64,000 nt of DNA from assembly GCA_951406725.2 (NCBI GenBank), contig OX597831.1, forward strand, positions 14,136,001-14,200,000, in the 5' to 3' direction. Source of the stretch: Octopus vulgaris (lineage: Eukaryota). Position 1 is the stretch's first letter, and each line of letters starts with the position of its first letter. Positions 55,171-64,000 of this stretch are shown in pieces. A program made the translations under genes and the position numbers. Under the pieces are notes generated by a model that saw nothing but the letters and a program-made list of their open reading frames with translations, was not told the DNA's origin and searched no databases.

Positions 55171-55949
55171 CCCATCATGTGGTGGTGGCCATGGCAGTGA
55201 TGATGGTGGTCGTGAAAACAGACAAGGAAAAGAATATGAAGCCATGAAATGGGGGAGGCTGTGGTTGGTTAAGCAATTAGATGAGTGACGAGTAATAAGT
55301 AATGATGAGGAAGCGGAATGGGGCGGGGTGGGGTGGGGTGGGGGATGTAGAATGCGATTGTTGAAGGGATCCGATTCCATCTGATTTATAGTCCCTGTTG
55401 ATGGGAGGTGGGGTGGGAAGGTGGGCCGGCGGGGAGGTTCCATTAAAAGACTATTATAATATGTAATAGATATGAAATGAAGAACAGTGCGTACCCGTGT
55501 GTGTGTGTGTGTTTGTGTGCGAGTGTGTGTGTGTATGCAAGCATCCGTTTGTGTGTGAGAGTGTATGTGTTTGATGTGTGTGTGTGTGTATATGTTTGAA
55601 AGATTGGGTGTGTGTGTGTGTAAGTGTCTCTGCATGCATGAAGATTGTGTATGTGAGTGTGTGTGTGTGTGTGTGTGCAAGTGTGTGTGCATGCATCTTT
55701 GTGTGTGAGTGTGTGTGTTTGTGAGATTATATGCGTGTGTGCATGCATGAAGATTGTGTGTGTTTGTGGGAATGCGTTTGTGCATTCATGTGTGTGCATA
55801 TGGTATATGTGCATGTGTATGTGCGTGTGTGTGTGCGTGTGTGTGTGTGTGTGTGCGTGCGTGTGCGTGTGTATCAAATAACCATTATTATTAATAAGAC
55901 CCGGCATCTGGATTGGCAGCTCCAACATTTGCCTCTTGGTGATACTTAC

Positions 55950-56347
55950 ATAATTAGCTGCTTCCGTGACATTACACACCTAGCAGAGGGCGACAACGAT
56001 GACAGTGACGAGGATGCTGAGGTGGGGGAGGAGGAGGAGGAGGAGGAGGAGGGGGAAGAGGAGGGTAGTGATAGTGGAGCAGGCGGTGGTGGAGGTGGTG
56101 GTGGTGATAGCCTTGTTGATGATGACAATGATGACAATGATGGTGGAAGCAGAAGAGAATTGATAGTGGTGGTGGTGTTGATGGCGGAGGCTTTGTTTGA
56201 GAGTGGCATTGATGATGATGGTAGTGCTGATGGTGATGATGATGATGAGGAGGAGGAGGAGGAGGAGGAGCGAAATATGATATCTATTCGACTGACATGA
56301 TGATGGCAGTCTTGGCAGCGAAAAATGTCACATGAGAAAGATGTCAT
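55950..56347 (-). CDS. Candidate first coding exon of a host gene (Ser/Pro-rich N-terminus, product unknown); exon 55950-56431
   Basis: Acceptor TTGACATTTTTCTAG| at 56432, CAAAA-ATG context at 56347, 132 open codons with frame-preserving triplet repeats, ending at AT|GTAAGT donor (phase 2). Confidence 0.5.
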
Positions 56348-56709
56348 TTTTGGTGACCCTTTTACTTGTCGGGTGGGGGGGGGGTTTAAAAAAAAACAAA
56401 CAAAATGATACTGATAACAGTAATAATAATTCTAGAAAAATGTCAAACAGATAAGATATTGCCATTTTTATCTGTTACTTGTTCCAGTCATTGGACAGCA
56501 GCCATGCATAGGAAGTGCTACCCTGCCTGCCTCGGGCAATGAGATGGCATCATATAAAGGCTTAAACTGGTGGTACTCAACCGTTTTTTGCCTATAGAAC
56601 TCATTTGTTTCCTATTTTACTCAAATGGACCTTCCAGACCAATCCATGTTCAAAAAATTCCTAATATATTTATAATTAAATATTATTAAGAATTGTATCA
56701 AAAATGATT

Positions 56710-56938
56710 GAGCCTTCAGCATTCAGATGACTCTGTCAAATGTAATGTTTGTTGATCCCAAGTTATTTTCATCTGGTCATTTATCATCTTGTAGCTTTGC
56801 AATCTTGGTGATGTGATTGTTTATTTTTTGAATGACATTGTAGGAGAGGTGTGAAAGGTTGAATCTGGCCATTCTAAACATAAAACAAGTGGAATGTTTT
56901 GGCTGGATATGGCTGGTTTAAATACTAAAGGGTTTAAA
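56710..56938. mobile_element. piggyBac-like MITE (degenerate)
   Basis: CCTTCAGCATTCAGA ... AAATACTAAAGGG followed by TTAA. Confidence 0.45.
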
Positions 56939-57019
56939 GTATTTTGTGCATTGTTGAAATATAACTGATTTACATTACTTACATTTGACGGATATTTGTC
57001 CTCATCTTGTTTGTTGTTA

Positions 57020-57063
57020 ACACAATGTTTCAGCTGATATACCCTCCAGCCTTCATCAGGTGT
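57020..57063 (-). ncRNA. Type I hammerhead with canonical core, beside (ATT)n
   Basis: ACAC CUGAUGA A GGCUG-gaggguauau-CAGCU GAAA CAUU GUGU; AACAUU is likely a CpG-decayed AACGUU palindrome. Confidence 0.7.
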
Positions 57064-57114
57064 CTTGGGGAAGTTTCAAACCTGGGTTCTCATTCCTAAG
57101 GTATTTTTTGATGT

Positions 57115-57125
57115 TATTATTGTTG

Positions 57126-57204
<79 letters not shown>

Positions 57205-57241
57205 ATCATTATTATCATCATTATTATTATTATTATTATTA

Positions 57242-57306
<65 letters not shown>
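57115..57306. repeat. (ATT)n microsatellite
   Basis: Direct inspection. Confidence 0.95.
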
Positions 57307-57310
<4 letters not shown>

Positions 57311-57322
57311 TCACTGCTTGGA

Positions 57323-57822
57323 GTCATTACCAACACAGGAACATGTATCATACATCAAAATGAAACTGGTCCTCTGTGGATCACAACCCTACTTCTCAAC
57401 ATAGTCACTGTTTCTCTCAATAGCAAAGTTCAAATGAGTGCATGTATCCCTGTGCTGTAAAATTCTGTTGACTGTTCTTTGAGCCACTTCTTCACTACAG
57501 TTTTCACTTCCTTGTCACTGGACTATCATCTCTTCAGCCCCATGAAAGAGGGTTTGAGAGGCAAACATTATTCAAGCGGCGAAAAAGTGCATACTGTAGT
57601 GAAGAAGTGGCTCAAACAACAGTCAACAGAATTTTACGGGGCAGGGATACATTCTCTCATTAGAAGGTGGAACATTGCTATTGAGAGAAACGGTGACTAT
57701 GTTGAGAAGTAGGGTTGTGATCCACAGAGGACCAGCTTCATTTTGATGTATGATACATGTTCTTGTGTTGTTAATTATACCTGTCCTAAACAAAATGGCA
57801 TTACTTTTTGACTCATCTTCAT
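57323..57822. mobile_element. Head-to-head foldback of two mariner 3' fragments (family of 44821-45363)
   Basis: 57323-57512 (-) is inverted against ~57575-57775 (+); + arm encodes DYHLFSPMKEGLRGKHYSS..RWNIAIERNGDYVEK* and ends in the TIR. Confidence 0.85.
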
Positions 57823-59334
57823 ATGTTGTGATTACATGCAAATTATGGGAATTCCACAGGAATGCATGCTGTGAGGCCTTCTAGTGATGCTCTGACCCTT
57901 TAACATTCAATATCCAATGGTCAGCCATTAGGAGATTGCTTTCTGTTGAGTTATAGCAAAAACAACCAAAATATAATTTTGCACATTTACCATTGGTGAC
58001 CAAAATGTCATTCCATCTATGAAAGGATTAAAATAGTCGATGGGATTCTGTGCATCATACAGGCGTCCTCATAATTTCCTTCCCCTCACTTTTGACCTAG
58101 GACTATCGTAAAGATACTTGCCTACTAAAATGACCCCACTGGGATTGAACTTGGGTCTACATGACTGCCAGGTAGACGTTTTTATCTAATTATTATACCA
58201 GTTCATTATGTCGTTAAGATTTTGCTTATTTCCAATCTCCTCCAACCAAATTACAGTACAAAAAAAAAAAGAAAAACTGTACACCTGCATGGTGCCTTGT
58301 GGTGGTAGCAAACCGATAGCCCCTGACTGAAAACTAAAATTTTACAAATCTCACAGGCACCAGCATGGCTGTGGGGTAAAAAGTTTGTCTCCCAAACGCA
58401 GGGTCTTGGGTTCACTCCCACTGTGTGGTAGCTTGGGTAATTGTCTTCTACTACAGCTCCAGACTGACCAAAACCTTGTAAGTGAATTTAGTAGACAGAA
58501 ACTGAAAGAAACCTGTTGTGTGTGTATGGAGGGGAGGGGTGTGAATGTGTGTATGCATGCATGTATGTGTGCATGCATGCATGTATGTGTGCGTGTGTAT
58601 GTGCGCGCACAATTGTGTTACTATCCTCTTGCCTTGAATTCACGTGACTGCTGTAAACGAATGTCACCTCCTTCCAAGTGGTGTCCTTCATTTCCAGTCT
58701 TGAAAGCATGTCTGGCTATGGGAAAAAAAAAAAAATTCCCTTCCTTGGGAACAGGTGAAGGTCGGTGACAGGAAGGGTATCCAATTGTTTTCAAAAATCT
58801 GCCTTGACAAATTCTGTCTGACCCATACCAGCACAAAAAAAAAACTGGACATTAAATGATAACGATGGTGATGATGATGATGATGATGATGATGACAACC
58901 ATGCACACACTATTCTGTTAGTACTACCCACTAAGTCTGTATAATTTAATGTCTATATAATAAATCTATATTGTTATTAGGGGTGGTGGGGCTTACAAAT
59001 TTCATTGTTTAAATCCGTCCCCACTCTCCATTGCCACCACCAACCCTTATTCAAACCAACAGGGCTTTGTCAAAATAAAGAGCTTAGAAACCATTCTTTG
59101 GGCTTCTTTCTCTCCTTCTTTCTTTCTTTTTGTTTTTCATCTCTTCCTTTGTTCAAGGAATTAAACACTTTATGAGAAATCAATGAGTCTTCCTCTTCTG
59201 TTTGCCTTGTTATTCTTGAAAGCTTTGGAAACCTTTGCAACAGCTGTTCTTTTGTAGACATATCTATAAATAATTCTTCGTTATAATGAAAATAATAATG
59301 ATGATGACGATAATGATGACAATGATCATAATAA

Positions 59335-59675
59335 CCCTTTCTGCTAAAGGTACACGGCCTGAAATTATGGGGATAGGGGACTAATCGTTTATATTGATCC
59401 CAATGCTCACCTGGTAATTAATTCATTAACCCCAAAAGGATGAAAGGCAAAGTCAACCTCAACGATGCTAATTATTATTTCATTGTTATTAGCGTGTCAA
59501 ACAAAATGGTTGACAGCATTTTGTCCTCTACGTTCTGAGTTCAAATTCTATTGAAGTCGACTTTGCCTTTCATCCTTTTGGGATCAATAAAATGTGCATC
59601 AGTTGGGCACTGGGGTCAATATGATTTACTAAACTTCTCCCTCCAAAATTTCACACTATGTACCTTTAGTAGAAA
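59335..59675. mobile_element. Two diverged SINE B copies (- then +)
   Basis: Family match, CpG-decayed. Confidence 0.7.
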
Positions 59676-59723
59676 GGGTTTAGATCATCATCATCATCAT
59701 TATTATTATTATTATTATTATTA

Positions 59724-59832
<109 letters not shown>

Positions 59833-59871
59833 CATTATTATTATTATTATTATTATTGTTACTATTATTAC

Positions 59872-60290
59872 TGTTGAGTGAGAGAGCAGTGCATGCCATC
59901 AAAGTGACACTGGGGTACAAATATACGAAGCCCAATATACCCATCATGACTACCCGTCTGATAAGGGTACACTAAGCACATGCATCACAACCATATGTGC
60001 GCGACATGGTGATCTTATAATCAAGATAAACAGTGCATGACCTTGCAGGTGGGGCCCAGTTAGAAATTTCATCAGGTCAAGTATCCCATCCCACTCAAAA
60101 GGTCCCTGAATTAGGGTTGTTTAAGGATGCTAAATGAAACACCCATATTCCCAGAGGTGAATTATTCAAACTCCAAAGAAATCCTTTCAACACAGGGTTA
60201 TGATACTCCCTTACTACTTCTAGTTGTGATCAAAGATGCACATATCGCCAGCCACCAAGGGACATGGTCAACTGGTTAAGGTCAAGCACC
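59872..60290 (-). mobile_element. (AAT)n-associated element, family of 41170-41722
   Basis: Sequence match; preceded by (ATT)n at 59700-59870. Confidence 0.85.
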
Positions 60291-60384
60291 TGATGATGAT
60301 AACGATGACAAAAGTAACAGCATTAGTAGCAGTGTCGTCATCATAATCATTGTCATCATTGCTTTCACCTCTAACACCACTCCT

Positions 60385-60418
<34 letters not shown>

Positions 60419-60639
60419 CTATCATCATCATCATTATCATTGTCGTCATTGGTGTGATTTCATGCTTGCTTCCCATGTTGTGGCTGTGGCAGTGATGCCA
60501 GAGTCTCTGACACTGAAGATGTGGGAATTCATGGAATAATGGAATAATAAGGATTGCAGTTGGTTCATGCAAAATGACCATGAGCAAGGAAGCTTCTGTA
60601 TGCTGGAAATAGCAGCTGAATTTACCTCAACTCACATGC

Positions 60640-61050
60640 TATTGTCCTTCTTTCTCCTTCTCTTTCTCCTCTTCGCTCTGCTCTTTCTTTTCCATCTCCT
60701 TCCCTTTTCCCAACCTACTCCTCTTCCTTCTCTATGACTTCCCCTCCTCATCCCTTCCCCACATCATACCCCTCCTCACCCCACATCCAAGCCCTACCCT
60801 TCCTCATCCTCTCTCCTTCCTCACCCTTCTCTCTTCTCCTTTTCATCTTCTTCCTCCCCTCCTTTTCCCCACCTCCTTCCCTCCTCTTCCTCTCCCCCTT
60901 CATCCTCTCCTCATGCTTTCCTTCCCTCCTCCTCCCTACCTCCTCTTTCTCTCCTCTTCCCCACCTCCTCTTCCTCCCCTTCTTCCCATTCTTCTTTCCC
61001 TTCATCATCTTCCTCCTCTTCCTCACCTTCCTCCTCCTCCACCTCCTCCA
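60640..61050. repeat. Polypyrimidine (CT-rich) low-complexity tract
   Basis: Direct inspection. Confidence 0.9.
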
Positions 61051-61604
61051 CTAATTCCCCCCCTCCACTGTCTGGTGGGCAAATCCATTCGGAAGGGCAT
61101 GGTTGGGTTGCAAGTGCGAAGCTAAATTCACCACAACACAACATAGACACACACCTGCAGTCATAGCTCTACAGGATCAAGAATGTCCCAGGGTTAAACA
61201 GCATTTACAAGATATAAATAAGAAATAATTAAATTCTGATGTTTTTTTTTTTTTCCACTGAAAGAAAACTTAAGAAACGAGTTACATTTTCGTTTTCTTT
61301 CATTTATTTTCTTATTTTGTTTTTGGTTAATAGTTCTTCTATGTAAAGCTATCTTCTGTGGAATGGTAAAACGGGAAATCGGAGAAGTTTTAACAGTGTG
61401 GTAGGAGAATTCCTTCTGTAAAAAATCTAATTTCAGTGAGTCAAGACTTGATAGCGGAGAAATAATTTCGTTGGTTTGATATAGATGCCATGGAGTAAAC
61501 GGAGCTGGTGAGACTAACTCAGCAAAGTCATGTGAACACACAGAGAGAGGCACACATGTGTGCCATGTGTATGCATGCATATGGTTGCACTAACACATGC
61601 ATAT

Positions 61605-61635
<31 letters not shown>

Positions 61636-61852
61636 CATAATAATACATATATATATATATAATAAAAACTTACTTGGAGAAATAAGTGACGCGAGGCGTT
61701 CAATCATATAATAACAAATATGTATATGTATATATGTGTGTATATGTATATATATATGTATATGTATATATATATGTATATGTATATATATGTATATGTG
61801 TGTGTGTGTATATATATATATATGTGTGTGTGTGTATATATATATATATATG

Positions 61853-61895
<43 letters not shown>

Positions 61896-62166
61896 TTATA
61901 TGTATGTATGTATATATATGTATGTATGTATGTATGTATATATAGCTAATCCAAACATGAAAACACAAAGAGTTCAACAATGAATTAACAATGATATAAT
62001 TAAATTATACCATATAGAAAAAATTAGATATGCAATAAAAACATATAGCAATAATTAAGTAAAGTATAAAATAATAAATAATAAGGATATAATTAGTAAA
62101 AGGACTACACGTGTTTTGTGGCTATAAATTATATATACTTTATATTTATTATTTTATACTTTATTA

Positions 62167-62212
<46 letters not shown>

Positions 62213-62220
62213 TTTATTTA

Positions 62221-62368
62221 AAAACTGTCCGACGAACGGGAACATGAAACTCCGAGTAACAGGTTTTGTTGAATTTCTGCTGCTTTTAAATAAAGCATAT
62301 TACTCTACCCCTGGTATTTGAGTACTCTTTTTTCCACCTTGTTTCACATTTATGTGTTTACTCCGGTA
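62221..62368 (+). mobile_element. Short (TA)n-embedded element starting with a hammerhead-like motif
   Basis: AAAACUGU CCGACGA ACGGGAACAU GAA ACUC-C-GAGU A ACAG GUUUU; stems I and III pair, stem II is poor. Confidence 0.5.
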
Positions 62369-62394
62369 TATATATATATATATATATACACACA

Positions 62395-62705
62395 CATCAT
62401 CATCATCATCATCGTTTAACATCCGCTTTCCATGCTAGCATGGGTTGAACGGTTCGACCAGTGTCTGGGAAGCCAGGAGGCTGCACCAGGCCCAGTCTGA
62501 TCTGGCAGTGCTTCTACAGCTGGGTGCCCGTCCTAATGCCAACCACTCCATGAGTGTAGTGGGTGCTTTTTACATGCCAGGTGAGGCTGGCAATGGCCAT
62601 GATCGGTTGGTGCTTTTTACATGCCATGGGCACAGAGGCCAGTTGAGGTGGCGCTGTCAACGGCCACGTTCCGATGGTTCTTTTACGTTCCACTGGCTCT
62701 GGTAT
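62395..62705 (-). mobile_element. (GAT)n-tailed RTE-like short element
   Basis: Family match. Confidence 0.85.
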
Positions 62706-63496
62706 CACACATACATATACATATATATACATACATTATATATATACATATGTATATATGCATGTGTTTGTGCAACCATATGCATGAATACACATGGAAT
62801 ACATGTGTACCTCTATGTGTGTTCACATGACTTTGCTAAGTGAGTCTTGCCAGCCATGATCTTTCATTCTTGGCCTGACTGCTGACCGTCAACAAGTCTT
62901 CTGTCCATCTTCCATGTTCCTGCCTTTAGGATTTCACTCCATACACGCCAGCTCAGTTTGAATCATTCTCAGTCGAAAGACGCCTGTTGTTATTTCTTGT
63001 TGTATTCATAATTCTATACCTTGTTCTCTGTTTTTTTTTTGTCTTTGTTGCCGTACTCATTCGCTAGTTTTCTTACAAAGGAGTATAATGCTCTTAGCTT
63101 TGACTTTTTTGGGGACAACCAGATCGAACCATCTCAAGTGTAACTGTCCGAAATGGTTGTGACTTCTGGTACTTGACTGATGAAAGAAAGCCAAGAATGA
63201 CCCGTCTTCTTTTTGCCTGTCCTTCTAATTGTTGTGCCTCTTGTCCGCTTTTGTGTCGTCTATCTGTCTGAATGTTTTAATACCCTCTATTGCATTCTTG
63301 TTCCATTTTTATATATACATATATATATATCGCCAAGCTAACATGGCAGTCCAGAAAAATTGGATGAATGCTGCCACTGATAAGCTCCAAGAAGCTATTG
63401 CCTCTAGCTAGCTATGTGGCATACAAACCTGTGTCCATTACAACCTTCAAACAGGGGAGGTCATCAGCTTCCCCTTGCTGTATATATGTATATTAG

Positions 63497-63534
<38 letters not shown>

Positions 63535-63606
63535 TATATATATATACATATACACATTACGTATATACATATATATATGTATATATATATATATATAAAT
63601 GCATAG

Positions 63607-63660
<54 letters not shown>

Positions 63661-64000
63661 GTGTTTGTGTGATGGCCTCAGAGACGTGCCGGTGGCACGT
63701 AAAAAAAACGTGTGCATCACATGGCCGCAGCTCTGAGCTGAAACTAGAAAAAAATAAATAAATAAATATATATATATATACCACATAATATATATATTAT
63801 AAATATATGTATCACACCATGTCTGTATGTGTCCGTATTGTGTGTGTATGTATCTGCCAGTGTGGCCGTTTGCCATCTTGATCGTTATTAACACACAGGT
63901 ACAAACACTTACCTGCATGTGTGTGTGTGTTGCTCGGCTGGTGTCTGAGCACCTCGTGTCGGTGGCACATAAAAAGCACCCACTACACTCATGGAGTGGT

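Noticed and set aside
59070-59263. Minus ORF MSTKEQLLQRFPKL...
   Set aside because: Weak acceptor, no convincing donor, no recognisable domain, and it runs into purine low complexity
63908-63920. Minus-strand donor CAG|GTAAGT
   Set aside because: Upstream sequence is microsatellite and repeat; probably cryptic

Overview
Eukaryotic, almost entirely non-coding DNA that is rich in microsatellites and transposons. The repeat families are most consistent with an octopus (coleoid cephalopod) intron or intergenic region; this is an inference. Nearly all ORF-track entries are translations of microsatellites or SINEs. The supported content is: several tRNA-headed SINE families; an RTE LINE remnant and many (GAT)n-tailed RTE-like short elements; mariner and DD37D (maT) remnants; Merlin-, pogo-, Tc1- and piggyBac-like MITEs; two Penelope-like (GIY-YIG) remnants; and one plausible host coding exon on the minus strand (55950-56431). 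The most striking unannotated structure is a set of at least six sequence-unrelated, microsatellite-embedded short elements that each carry a minimal type I hammerhead-ribozyme-like fold with a palindromic helix III. One of these has the G3-C8 swap of the conserved C3-G8 core pair and occurs on both arms of a head-to-head palindrome that also duplicated its flanks. There is also an apparent CpG-decay and repeat-composition boundary near 38-39 kb. Coordinates were counted by eye, so element ends are approximate.
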